DNA of 63,221 nt, counting the filler, from Sphacelaria rigidula (Eukaryota): the NCBI GenBank assembly GCA_964200075.2. It is 9 parts of 9 records of this genome, joined end to end, with 100 filler letters (N's around TTAATTAATTAA, not from the genome) between each part and the next. Parts side by side here need not be neighbours in the genome. Positions count along the whole stretch, not along the records: positions 7,037 to 13,972 come from CAXNAA020017329.1; positions 14,073 to 21,008 come from CAXNAA020017330.1; positions 21,109 to 28,044 come from CAXNAA020017331.1; 6 more parts are not named here. One strand, given 5' to 3'. The notes under the pieces were generated by a model. That model worked only from the letters and a program-made list of their open reading frames with translations, did not search any database and was not told where the DNA came from. A program made the translations under genes and the position numbers. Below are positions 12,398 to 25,294 of the stretch, piece after piece (the first letter of the stretch is position 1; the number at the start of each line of letters is the position of its first letter).

Positions 12398-12672
12398 ATT
12401 CTCGAGCTCAGTTTTCAGTTATTTTCGATGAAATTTTGACATGATGTACAGGACGTATGTGCAAACACCACTTCGTTCCTCCCGTGTTTTTTTTCTTCTT
12501 ATCTTTGTGAGTTATTTGCGATGGAACATTTCAGAACAGTTTTTTCGGAACAAAGTTGCCAATAACTCGCAAAAATAAATAAATCAGGGCATGGAAGGTT
12601 TGGTATTCGCACATACGTCCTGTACATCGTGTCAATATGTCATCGAAAACGATCCAAAATTGAGCGAAGAAT
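12398..12672. repeat. Long imperfect inverted repeat (~130-bp arms), foldback/MITE-like
   Basis: ttttcgatgaaattttgacatgatgtacaggacgtatgtgc pairs with gcacatacgtcctgtacatcgtgtcaatatgtcatcgaaaa. Confidence 0.8.
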
Positions 12673-13972
12673 ACGCGTTTCAACATTCCTGGTGGCTCCT
12701 TGGGCTGCCCAGCTCCTATATAGCATACGTGGCCGGTAACGGTAAATAATGGTTTGAAACTGGTATAAAGAAATTGGTATAACCATTTCCATTATTACCA
12801 TTATAATGATAATGGCCATTTACAAGTGGTACCAGTTCCGACTTGTACTCGTATGCTTTTGTCGACAGGGGGCATGGGTGAGAGCTACAAAAGTTGTAGT
12901 TGAAAAAGCATCCTGCGAAGACAGTCCGAAACGGACCCCTCATCTCTTGAGCGTGGACTACAATAATGCACTATTTATACCCGTGCGCTTCCTTCACTCG
13001 GTTTGATCCAAGAGCCCCCCCCCCCCCCCCCCCCCACATTGAACGAGGTTGTGTCACTATCGGATCACCCACGGGTTGGATTCGCGCGCTCGTGTGCTGA
13101 CAGTGGACTGTATCATCTACTGTCTGCATGCAACGGCGCTGCCGACCAGGTGGAATGGCGGGCGTGGACATATAATTTTAATATGCTCAGTACCATACCG
13201 CAGTCTTGCAGGTAACCTAGCTGAGACCGTGTCTCATCGAGACGAAGAAAACACGTTCCAAATCGCAGTCGCCTATCGTTGGCCCCGGCGATACCACCCC
13301 CCACCTTCCCCCGTCCGATTTTTTTTCTCTAATATGATTTCCGATATCGGCAACATGATTTCTGAAAAGTCTTGATGGAATTCCTCAAAATCATCCACGA
13401 AAGCTGTTGCAAAAATTACGTTGTACGGCATCGATGGATCATGTGAGTGCAGCGAAAACATTTTACTATGCTACCGATACCCCCATCGACTACGCCAACA
13501 GTGTTTTGTATATAACTCAACTCAAACTACGCCGACGACATGCTCGCGCTACAAGTGGCGAACGGAATCTCCTGTCGCTAAACAACTTTATCCTCTTTGT
13601 TTCCCACACGTGTGGTCTCCCTTCCCCCTTCTCACAGGGACGAGGATACTTTTTTGTCGCTCGATTGGATTTGTTTTTGCAAAATTCCTGTCGGGAACTG
13701 TGCAATGTGAACGTTCTTTCCGTGCTGCTGGGTCATAGCTGACATCCTCACAAGCCACAAGTCCCGTCACAGCGACTAGAGTCAGTTCTCCTGCACAGCG
13801 TACCGACACGCCTGCTGTACAATAGCAGCGAATCAAGCTTTCAGGCATGGCGTGGACTATGGCCATCATATTGCTGTAGTTGGTGACGGGGTGGGAACCT
13901 TTCACGGTTAGGACAAATCATCACGACTCAAAATCACCAAATTCACGATTTCTTCGGCCTGATTGCCCAAAA

Positions 13973-14072
13973 NNNNNNNNNNNNNNNNNNNNNNNNNNNN
14001 NNNNNNNNNNNNNNNNTTAATTAATTAANNNNNNNNNNNNNNNNNNNNNNNNNNNNNNNNNNNNNNNNNNNN
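13973..14072. other. Artificial scaffold linker
   Basis: N44-TTAATTAATTAA-N44. Confidence 0.99.
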
Positions 14073-16266
14073 CCCCCCCCGGCCCCCCCACAAAAATGCC
14101 CTGCCCCCCCCCCCCCCCCCCACATTGACAGCGTACTCCGAAGGTTTCACACTTTCTTGCACTCCTGCACGCAAAGCGATCGGCGCTTGATCGCGTGCCC
14201 GCGGCGTTCGTCGCCAAAATCAAAGAACAAGAAAACATGTATGCTCGATTTGGGTTGGGCAGAAATAGAGCAATCATGTTCTCCCCACGTGTCTAGTATT
14301 TTACTCGCGGCCGCCTCAGATACGGTGGTCGCTCACAAAAAAGCACTCCCCCTGATCGAATATGGCCCTATTTATGCCTTCCTAACACCTAAACTTGCTG
14401 GGGGCTTCCAGCGATCGAATTGGCATGATGATCAGACACAGCCGTCCATCTGTGGATCCTGAAAGGGTTGAAACTGCGTCATGACTGTTGAAGGTCGAAC
14501 TCGTGTCATTCCGGATCTACTCGGAGCGATTCCTCAGCTACGCGCCAACTATATAAACAAAGACTACATCTCTTTCGTGTCGGGCCAAGGCCTTCGTGAA
14601 TGCTGCCGTGGCTTCACGTAAATTCCACGCGTGGTGCTTCCGACGCTTTGATTGGTTTGATTGGTTGTCGCACTTCAACTGACCACCCATGGGTCCAGCC
14701 GTGGTCGCATGATAGACGGACGTACCCAACAAAAGCAAAACTGAAACGCTTGCTCGAGAAAAATACGGGCGAGCTCTTTTCTCTGTTCCGATTTTTCTTT
14801 GGCACGTCTATCACGGTACTTGCCTTGCTTGTTCATCTCGCGGGGAGGGTGCAGCCTTCCCATCCCGCGTCGGCCGCTATCTCCAGTCCCCGGAATCTGA
14901 TACTTACTCACACGTGCCTCATCTCCATTAATGTGCTATCCGTGACAGTGTCTCAACGCCGGGTAAAACGCAGCAGCTGCGGGGTTCAATTCGGTTCCCA
15001 TTCTAGGGTAGAACCCCGAAGCTGCAGGATTGAGCCTGGACGTTAGCACCGTCGACATGACCCACTACCTAGACTGTGTGTTGCATCACCTCTGACACGA
15101 CACGCAGGCAAGCCAGTAGGTCGATTTACCCTTCCTTGCTTACTGGTGGTCTTGTCGACGGGGTTAGCCTACCTCGACACAACCAACCCCAGACGGGTGG
15201 CGGTCGGGGAGAAGGAAAAAGAATTTCACACAGTGACGCTCGGCGTCGAGAATTGCGATGCGCGAGAACAGAGCCATCGACAGAGGCGTATTTCCCGCGA
15301 GTGGTCTTCGACGATCTGTAGTTGACACAATCTTGATATAGTTCGACTAGGCTAACCCTGACCCCAACATCCAAGTAAACGCAACCGGGGAACCCTCGGG
15401 TGGAGAAACTGCAGAATGTGCCCTAGGCAAAGCGTGCCATGGCAGGGATCAAATCTGCGCCGCAGGCACCGCTTTGACTAAACCCGCACACGGCACACGC
15501 TGGGGTGCACTTGGGAGCATCACCTCCCGCACAAGGCCCGAATCTCAATGTCTACACTACAGTCAAATATGTTTTAACCGTCGGGTTCTGACGACGAACT
15601 CGCAAAGCTCTACTGTAGAATATTTTCAACAGGACCAAAACCCGTAGATCAAAATCCGGGTGTAATTGGATTGCCCGACTAGCACTCTGCCCGACTTATC
15701 CGCCCCCTGGCCACATCTTGGTTTATCCAAGTCGTTCATGGGTGTACCAGTACCTCACTTGCCATGGTAAGCTGGTGGAAGGCAACTTCAATCTCTACGT
15801 TAAGTGAAGAAGCATCTTCTCTTCCCAATCCCGGCGACAGATGGGTCAATGTACGGTGTCCTTGCCTGGCCCTGAAAAATAAAAGACCTCTGTTCTCGCC
15901 ATCTATTTTACAGACGGGTACAACTCGCTTCGACCCCCATGCACTTGGGTCACTGAGCATCGTTTTTTGTGCTCTATTAGGACGGGCTGTTCAGCTTTGA
16001 TGAAATGATACGGTTATTTACCGTGCAATATAGATCCCAGACGAACGGACGCATTTGTCGTGAAAATATTAGCGGAATATTCATAACCTTGCGCCCTCCT
16101 CACCCGGCTCCTCGTTTCGCGTACCTGTTGTCGCAACATCAAATCACACGACGCTGGTCTCGGCGAAAGAAAAATCTGACTACACATCCTGTGCCCATAT
16201 CCTGTAGAACATCCAGCATTTTCTCCCGTGCTGTTGTTTGTTTTTTGCGTGACTCGTATTTCGCAG

Positions 16267-17340
16267 TTCATGCTCAGCGAAGCTCTCGCCTTCTCTGCTC
16301 CTTCCTGGGTGGGTAAGGGGGGCATCGTCAGTCTTCCGATTGTCAGTAATAGTTTTATAACTATCGGCAGCAGCAATCTGTCGAGACAGAGCGGTTTCAG
16401 ATCGAAGTTTAACATCAAGAGCGGCCGCGGCATTGGGAGTAGTGGAAGTAGTGCGATAAACAGACTGGGTGGACTGCCGGCGGGGGTTGGTGATGCCGTT
16501 GGAGAGGAGCGAGTGCAGCAACAGCAAGCGGTAAGGGCAGTACTGTTCTCCTTCAGGGATTCGGAGGACGCTTCGAACTCCACGGATGTGATCATGACCT
16601 CGTGTTGTTTCGGTGTGGCTTTGCAGGCAGGCTCAGTGAAAAAGGATTGTTTTTATCGCTTTTCCGCAGGGAAGAGGGGATTATCATCATTGTAGGCTGG
16701 CGATGTTGTGTGTGAGCATGAGGAGAGGAACGAGGGTGTCCTTATGATATTGCATGCCGTAGTCATATGACCGTTGAGGTCGAGGAGGAGGAACAAGGGG
16801 GATGTACTCATGATCATGCATGCCATAGTCATGAGACCATTGACCTCGCATCCCTACAAGGAACGGGGGGGGTGGGGGAGGGAGGGGGGGATCAAACACC
16901 CCAGGAGACGAGAGCTTTTCAAGCCTTGATTTACTCCATGGTTACGACGGGTCATGCATCCGACGGGTCTGCCGCACAGTCCCAACCCCTAGCAGCCGTG
17001 CCTATGTTTGTGGTGGTACGCATGTCCCGCTCTTTCAGATGTCACCCGAATTAAGCATGCTGTTGTTGTCATTTTTCATTTTTTTCTAACATTCAACGCC
17101 GTGCAACAAACAGTCATCACGAGTACGATGTCGAGCGACCTTCCGTGTCGCTACGGTATAGCACGAACCAATCTGCCCGATGGACAGCGAGATCCTCGTC
17201 GTAACATTCATACCTCCCTACAGGCGACAGCTTCTTCGGCGGACGGCGGCGGGGGTTTCGACTGGAGGAGGCAATGGTACCCCGTTGCGATCGTGAGGGA
17301 TCTGGAGGCGAGGGACCCTCGTCAGCCATACCCCGTCAAG
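16267..17340 (+). CDS. Pheophorbide a oxygenase/TIC55/PTC52-like Rieske oxygenase, N-terminal exons (partial)
   Basis: Exon 16267 (or 16208)-16530 (FMLSEALAFSAPSW...Ser/Gly-rich transit-like...QQQQA|gtaagg) joins in phase 0 to exon 17224-17340 (cag|ATASSADGGGGFDWRRQWYPVAIVRDLEARDPRQPYPVK|gtac). FxWxxxWYPV...DL is the motif preceding the Rieske domain in this family. The start codon and the Rieske Cys/His exons were not found. Confidence 0.8.
16807..16858 (-). repeat. ~55-bp interspersed element next to G/C tracts; other copies at 18139-18190, 25168-25229, 37864-37923, 40775-40848, 44417-44465, 49088-49151, 49252-49310 and 56008-56075
   Basis: Approximate consensus GGGATGCGWGGTCAATGGTCNNAYGACTAWGGCAWGCANNANATGAGTA followed by a C tract; two subfamilies. 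Confidence 0.85.
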
Positions 17341-20269
17341 GTACAACTAGCTCTTGTTTCTAGGACCGAAGCTACTAAGAGTAGGACGGCGCGTGCGCTG
17401 CGCCAAGTTGACGGAGAGTTTCAGTGATGGCACCTCCACACTGCCGTGAGCACACCTTGTGAACACTCGAGGCGCCTGGCCCACGTGGCTGCCGCGAGGA
17501 TGTCTAGCCGAGCCTCTGGGTAATCGGTACACAAACCCGCTTGCGGGGCAAGTGTTGGGTCAGCTTTCCTCCTTCCTTCAAGGGAAAAAAAAAAGTAGCT
17601 GTCGTCGTCACCCTTACATTAAGGATCAGGCTGAGGTTGAGATTCATGTCATGACGAGGTATTGTGACTAGTATAGGCATGTGAGCCTTCATATGTTTCT
17701 GGTTTCATGATATTTAGATCTCAATGGAGAGGGCGTAATATTTTTATATTTCACACGTCCGACAGAACAGCACATACAGATTGTCTGTTTTCTTTCAGAA
17801 CAATTGTGAAAACGTTGTCGTCAGACTGACAACATCGTCTAGAACGGTATGTTTGCTTTATTAATAGAACGATTCCGAAAATGTTGACAGTTTTTCTTTT
17901 TCTTTTTCTTTTTAAACAAAATCTAGAGCTTTGTCAGGTTTTCCATTCGGTTTAGACAAACTCTGGAGTGTAGAACGACCGGCAAAACGATTTCAGATGC
18001 TGTAAGCGGTTTAAGACAACTTCCCAAAGCTTTGTCGCATGTATATTCGTTCCGACCATCCCTTCGCTGTTGTGTCATTAGCTTTTTTGTGTCTAGGACG
18101 GGGCGATGGAGCGGGCCAGGGAAGGGGAGGTGGGGTGTACTCATGATCATGCATGCCATAGTCATCAGACCATTGACCTCGCATCCCTACGAAACAAAGG
18201 GGGGGGTGGCGGAGGGCGCGTTGAGAAGCGTCCCCTCTTGCGAACCCTCTTGTCTTTACTATTTTTTCTCTGATTTTTATTGTTTTTGTCCTAGCGACAT
18301 ACGAGATCCGAGATTTCAAACTGTTCCTGTTTGCCATAAACGTACCTATGCTTGTACGGTACATGTGCGTGTAAGTACACACACTAAGCGCAGAATACAA
18401 ATAGATGAACCAAGAGGACATTGAAGTGATACGTACAAAACACAAAACACAAATAATTTAACCGAGCGGGCATTTTTTCTTTGTGAAGGTGCTGTTTCCC
18501 CTTTGTTTTATGTGAACATCAACAAGCCTACCGAACGGGACCCAAGCGTATCTTCACGAAGTTGTTCATAATCTGATGAGCAAGTTCCCATCTTGAAAAA
18601 AAGAAGTATTTGTTTCAAAGAAAAAGTTGGTGAAGGCACTCGTACATAGATCCGTGTATGCTCACTAACTCCGAGTGCGAAATCGAGGTGCTCCCACGGC
18701 CACATGTGTGCGCACGTGTGCTGAGATACGTCGGGCAAAAGATCCAGATATCTATGCTTGTGTGTCTACATAAGACGCTCGGCCTGAGTAAAAGACACCG
18801 TTGAAGGTTGAAAGTCGTTTACGAGATGAACAATTTGGTCAAGGTCTCCATCAGGTGGACTATTTGGGGCGTGCTGGGGTCTCGTACCATGAGCTATCCC
18901 CACGATTTACCGGAACGTTACTACAATGCTACAGTTATGGGGGGGGAGTGAGAGCCATCGCGACCGAAGAATACCACGTAAGAAAAAAGAAAAAAATCGG
19001 AGGAAGAGTGAAGACGTCATAAGCTGTCCCTTACAGGACACACGCTTTGTCCTCAACTCACTCGGTTCTAGTTTACGTCAGTGCAGCGCTTTCATGGAGT
19101 TTTTCTCGACACAGGAAGCAAGTCGGCCCGTGGCACTTTACAGTGAGTCCCCCGTACACATACAAGCGCAAGGGAATCATAAGTTGGTTTCACTCTGATC
19201 GCCACAGCGGACCCAAAAGGTCCCACAAACAGCAAAGGGCAGCATTTTTTAGTACATTTTGGTTTGGTGCAGCGTTTGTGTCACGCGTTTGAGGAATGTG
19301 CTTTTCTGGTTCCCTAGTTTGGGTGTGTGGCAAGTATACGCAAAAAGCCGGAGTCCAATCCTCTGCTTGGTTGCCGAGATATATGCGGGGAAAAGACTGG
19401 CACTTTTGAGGTTTGGGGCCAGCAGCATCTTGGCGGTATTAGCGGTGTGCCTGAGAAACGGTTCCTGCTGCTGCTGTGGTGTGTGGCGGCTACTACTACT
19501 GCTGCCGCTGCTCGTATCATTGTCTCGTGATGTTCACAAGGGCGGTGAATGTGGTGTGGTAGCTCGCGGGCGTGTGCTTCTCGAGTGCTACAGCAACAAG
19601 CAGCTGTACACACTAGTGCAACAACAGGGGCACAACAGGAACAACAGGACCAGCAGCGTCTATCCTCATGTTATTGTGACCCTGCGTTGTTGTGCCTCTG
19701 CATTCAGATGTACAGCAGCGTCAGTCACAGGTTTGTTCGATAGGTGTACTGCTATTATGGTGCATTTTATACGAACCAGGTCATTATTTTAGGTGACGCG
19801 TGCGCTTGTGATTAATGTTGATCGGCAAATCTAGGCTTCATCTATGTTGTGGACGGGTGTCGATGCACACTTTTCCGGAATATAGTGCCCAAAAATGGCC
19901 TCCATTCCCCCCCACAACAGTACTGTAGTATCAATACGCATCCTCGGATTCGGCGAAAGTCGTTAGTTCGGGCACAAAGTTGCCGTCCAGCAGGCAGGTA
20001 TTCGGATGTCTCTTCGTGTGTAGATACATGAGATGTGCGGCATGAACATAGACGCACATATATAGCACCCATCCTAAGATTCAGCATGAGTGTGTTGCTT
20101 CGGGCCAACCCTTGTCGTGGAGACATGGACATATGGCGATCCTGTTCTACTCCCAGTTGCCGCACAGCTGATCACGAAGACAGTGCAATTAGCCCCGTGC
20201 AGGTAGAGGTGATCGTGCAGATATAGCTGTGCTAGCATCAGTAATACACACCCTCAGCAGTGTATTCAG

Positions 20270-20916
20270 CTATGCGTTCTTGTGTGCATCAATGTTTTTC
20301 CGGGAACAGTTCGCCAGCTCAACAGTAGTTTTACAAATCTCATCCGTAAAACACATATCGGAAATAGCGGCTTCAGTGTCACCAGCCCCCATGAGCGCAT
20401 CCGATGTAGCTGTACAGGCAGTGCTGCCCGCATCAAGTTCACTGTTATTTTTTCCCGTCAAGGTGCTTCTAGCCCTGCATTGTTTATCAGCCCCAGCCCG
20501 GAAGGGTAGGGCTTCGGGTAGCCGCATAACGGCAAGTGAAAACTGCGATATCATCAGCCTTATACGGTAGAGGGACACCTGGCAGCCGTTTGCCATGAAT
20601 CCTGCCTCATCAAGGTGCATCTGTTACCAGCATGGCATACGCAACACACGTGCTAATTGAATACGAACGTAATTTGCTTCATGTGAACCGCTTGCGTCCG
20701 ACCACCGACGCCCCACTGTGTAGGCACACGCTACTTTTTTCAGGTATTCCCGTACAGTACTTCCATTAATTCCGAACCACCACACTTTTCCTCGATTATT
20801 TTTATCCACACGGTGTCCAGCCTTGCTGAAAATGGCGAAGCATACCTCGAAGATTATCTCCCGCCCCTTACCAAATGAAGCGCGATACTGTCGAGTCAAT
20901 AGTGATTCGAGTTTTG
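20270..20916 (-). pseudogene. Decayed intronless reading frame of unknown origin
   Basis: ORFs 20624..21007 and 20270..20620 are in the same frame and separated by a single stop. No family was recognised. Confidence 0.3.
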
Positions 20917-20921
20917 TACCG

Positions 20922-20970
<49 letters not shown>

Positions 20971-21008
20971 CCCCCCCCCCCGCCCCCTGCCGTGTTTGCG
21001 GTTGCACC

Positions 21009-21108
21009 NNNNNNNNNNNNNNNNNNNNNNNNNNNNNNNNNNNNNNNNNNNNTTAATTAATTAANNNNNNNNNNNNNNNNNNNNNNNNNNNNNNNNNNNN
21101 NNNNNNNN
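21009..21108. other. Artificial scaffold linker
   Basis: N44-TTAATTAATTAA-N44. Confidence 0.99.
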
Positions 21109-23953
21109 CCGGTCTGTTCGTGCTTTTGGTCGGTGACACTTTTTGGGCTCATTTTGGTGGGTCAGGCGCCCCCCTAACAGTAGTATCGGCTCCACACCCG
21201 TAGGGTTACCTCTGCATTGAATTAATGAAACGCATTGAATTAAATCACACGCGCGGAAAGCGTTATGTTCGAGCAGCATGCTCGCTAGCGTTTCCCGTGT
21301 TGTCGACATCGTGCCAGCGCGCTTGTACCTAAAGCGCTGTGCTCCCCTGTGGCAGCCCGTCACGGTAGGGCTCCTCATGTTTCATCACGCTTTATTCGAA
21401 AACACGCAGAAGAGATGCCGGCGAGTCCATCGTTGTTACACTTGGGTTCTGGTGAACCAGTTGTTTTTCGATAGAACCCCCGCATGCTGCGTGTTGTACC
21501 AAATACTGTAGAATAACGTACCAGTTCAAAAGCGGATACTGTATGCATTATGTTTAGGCCATCGACATGCTCTGGTTATCATGAACTGTGTACGAGGCGC
21601 GGGGAGCGTAGTTTTTGTCAGGGAATGCTAGGACGCAACCATACTGCAGTACAGGCAGTATGAAACACGTGATTCGAACGAAACACAAGACGAAACATTT
21701 ACATTATGCTCAATGCCTGGGCGTTTTGGTACTGAAACGATTCCACCAGTCCCTCCACTGCCCACCGTACGAAGATAGCAAGGGACGAGTCAATGATTCG
21801 CCCGGAAATTTTTCGATTTTTAGTGTAATTGATTCGCACGGTATGAATCATTTCTTAGGCTTTGTTTTCAGCGTTGCACCCCAGGTACGTGTAGCCCAGG
21901 CGCGTGGAATGGCGCAAAAGTTGCGTGGAGACCTGTTTGACCAGTGGTCGACTTTTTCCTTTCTTTCGAGCAATCAGGTCTAAAAAATCGTGGATTTCGT
22001 GATTCAAATCGGCGAAGATTCGTCCGAACCATGGAGGATAGATACCACGTGTAAATTACAAAATAAGTTACGGGCAGACCTTATTGTTACTTTGGAGTAG
22101 AAGGGCCCAGCCGAGGCCACTCCGGTTTCACCGCCGAAATCCGAGATGGCAACGTCACGAACACCGAAATAAATTGAAATTGGAAGCGCCCTGGACACAG
22201 GGCAATCTATTTTCAGATTGGTTGTTGTCTCAGGCTATTTCAGATCCGTTATTGGATTTCTGTGACAGAAAAACAAGCAGAACTTTTCGAGAAGGTTTGA
22301 AAAGACAAACAGAACTTTTCAAGAACCGCTCACAACATGAACCTATTATCTGGAGTACAGGGTAGTGCACTGAAAACGAGACAATTCTGCAGTGGTATCT
22401 GAAGTGCAGAGTACATTGAACACAGGACAACACGGCAGTTCTGCAGTGTTTTCTAGTTTTAGAACCTGAAGATGGACTGTATACAGTATGACACCGTCAC
22501 TACTGTACTCTCTGTGCTTGCAGAGTACAGCCTGTACTCGGACAGGGGAGGTGAACAGTACGCTATCACTTGTGGACAGATACACTGCCGTAGCTGGGTA
22601 TGCTTTGTTATTTTATGTTGGTGAAAACTTGCACGTTTTCTCTCATGATGGGCATCAGCGACAGAACTGCGTGGTACGGTGGGCAACCGAGGTGCGCCCA
22701 CGCTCATGGATAGCGCAGTCTGTACTAAGCTGCACGTTGCTGAAGTCCTCTTCACGTCGCAATGTAGGCAGGGAGAACTGATGGTCCTGGGCTGTCTGCA
22801 CTGCATGTTGCCCGCTTCTCCTTCATATCCTCTTGAACGAAACACGCACACACGCACTCAAGACACCCTGCTTGCAAGCGGTGCAGACAGTACAGACTGT
22901 GTGTATTGTACACGAGTGTCCATGTGCCGTGTCACGAATTTCAGGCACAGGACCCATACAAAAGGATGACTTAATTTACAATTATTTGCGCGAAGGGCGA
23001 TCATGTCCGAGCGTTCAAGATCGGCACCCTGCAAACAGTGAGGGCCCGTTTAAAATCAGCCGAAGAAGTAAAACATGGGACATGTCTTGTCTCACTGTAC
23101 TGCAGCACAAACATACTCACTTCCGCTCTCATTTTCTGTAGCTATCACTGTTCTGGGGTGTGTTTGGCCCTTGCAAAGATGGTTTAGTCTCCGCTGAGAA
23201 TACTTGATGTGCTGTATTGTTCTGTTCGTCTCTCTGTAACATATAGTATCAGTCAGTCTGGACCCAACTGCATCAAACCGAGATTTTTTTGCTCAGATCG
23301 ATTCCACGGCTCCATTTTTTCGACCGAAAAGACAGGCCCTAACCACCAGTCCCAAGTCCTACAACATTGGAATAGTAATCCTGCCGTGCTCTCGCATATT
23401 TTCATAAGTCGTGTCTTGGATGAGTTAAAGGGCTCCCAACAATTCTTACCTTAGAAAATATATGTGTACCCCTACCGTAGCATCCCTCTGCTAGCCCTTG
23501 CTAATAATCTACACACAACAGTCTTTGTTTGACAGCAAATCGAGCCGTAGCTGCTCATCAGCTGTGCACGTTGTGCGTGATCTTGCTCACATCTGTTCGG
23601 AATTCATTGAGAAACGATCATTTGTGTGAGACGCGCGCGCAGCACACGCCTACAAAACGGTCAGCAGCGACACGTTTTCGGTTGTTCTTGAAACGCCTGT
23701 AGCCGCCATTCGCCCAATACAGAACAGATTTCTGTCAAACAACGACTGCCGTGTGTAGATCAGCAAGGCCTAGCAATGAAACTAATGCGCGTGAGTGGTG
23801 GGTATCTGTTCGTATTTTTTCGGGGCTGAGTATGCAGGTGTTGTGTTGCCTTGTTAAGTCTTGTCTGCAACATTGCACAGACCTTGGACCTGCTTGGACT
23901 AACGAGTAACGACCACTTCCAGACCTGCCGCATTTCTCAACCTGCGTGCAGAT

Positions 23954-24305
23954 TGTTTGTAGCTTCGTGACCCCGTGAGAGGATGGGGTACAGACTCGAC
24001 TCAGATAGTCGATCAATGGACACGACTGCGATAGTCGATCAATGGACACGGCTGACCGCCGATCAAGATGAGGTAGAAATGTATATAAAGCTTTGTTGAT
24101 GAAGAGGGAAGGAAAGGGGAGTGACTGCAGTAGGCACCAAAGTCTCAGGATGCGACGAGCACCACTCACGTACGTCCAGTCACTAACATCACAATATAAA
24201 GTCATCCTGCATAGTACCCGGAACTCAACAGGTATATCACTATACTGTTGTACCTTACCCTGACTAGGTGTATCTTACTGGACACCGCAGGCCATCCTAC
24301 GAACA
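23954..24305 (+). mobile_element. Solo LTR (352 bp) flanked by a perfect 73-bp direct duplication
   Basis: Termini TGTTTGTAG...CTACGAACA (inverted, TG..CA) and an internal TATA-like gtatataaag. Flanks 23881-23953 and 24306-24378 are identical. Confidence 0.75.
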
Positions 24306-25294
24306 ACCTTGGACCTGCTTGGACTAACGAGTAACGACCACTTCCAGACCTGCCGCATTTCTCAACCTGCGTGCAGATCTGATGCCGAATCTGTCCAAAA
24401 CTACTTCTCGATTGGACTAGGGACTAGTCGTTATGGGGCCAATCCCCTGTCAAAGTGGATTGTGAAAAAGGGGAATCCCCTTCGTTAACCCCTAGACCGT
24501 GACGGGGGGCGACCTGCTGGATCAGCATCAATTTTCACTTGAAAAAAGAATGCGTGATCCAGATGGACTGCCCGCTTCGCGGTCTGAGGGTTAAAAGGGG
24601 CCCTAACAGCTCTAGCACTCTCTCTTCTTCACGCCGGCGGCTCAGATGCTGCCAAGAAGGCGAGTCCCATCGCTCTTCATTGAAGGCGTCTATTTCTTCT
24701 GTCCCTTTTCCACTACATTCCAATGTTAGAAAGGATTGGAAAATGGAAGCGCGATGCGAAGCAGAGCGGTCTATAATGTTTTAGACTAGCTTCATGTAAG
24801 GATGACTAACCTTGGCGTGCGATACCGCGGTGTCTCCACCATGCGATGATGCTCTGTGAGCAAACGTATCGCAATTTCGGTTGATGTTGTTCGGAGGACG
24901 TTGTATGCCCCAGCCACCCTCTCGCTGTGGAACACAGTATAGTGCAGTGCAACAGCGCATTGTTGGTTAAATATCAAATGCACCGATGAGAAGAAAAGCG
25001 GCTGTCACACCCTACAAATCTCGTACACACGAAACACCGAGATGATGAAATAAGCACAGCGTCGTTCCCCGCCCCGCATCCGGGTACTGGACGTGGATAC
25101 GACAGTCCAAAGCGCTGCATGATGTCACTATCCCGTATGTAGTGCGGGGTGGGTGGGGGACGAGGCCTACTAATTTGTTGCTTGCCTTTACCACTTGACC
25201 ATTCACCACTCATCCCTTTCGAGACGGAGCAAGCGGAGGGGTGGGGTGCACGAATATCACCAAATCGTACTCATCCGGCTGCCCGAAAACGTAG

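Noticed and set aside
15348-15362. Telomerase RNA template (CTAACCCTG)
   Set aside because: It is short, sequestered in a stem with gggttagcc, and has no supporting promoter or terminator evidence.
20823-21060. Poly-Pro/poly-Gly ORFs (also 55687-56238) and VCVC/THTH/NPNP/VVVV ORFs
   Set aside because: Translations of homopolymers and microsatellites.
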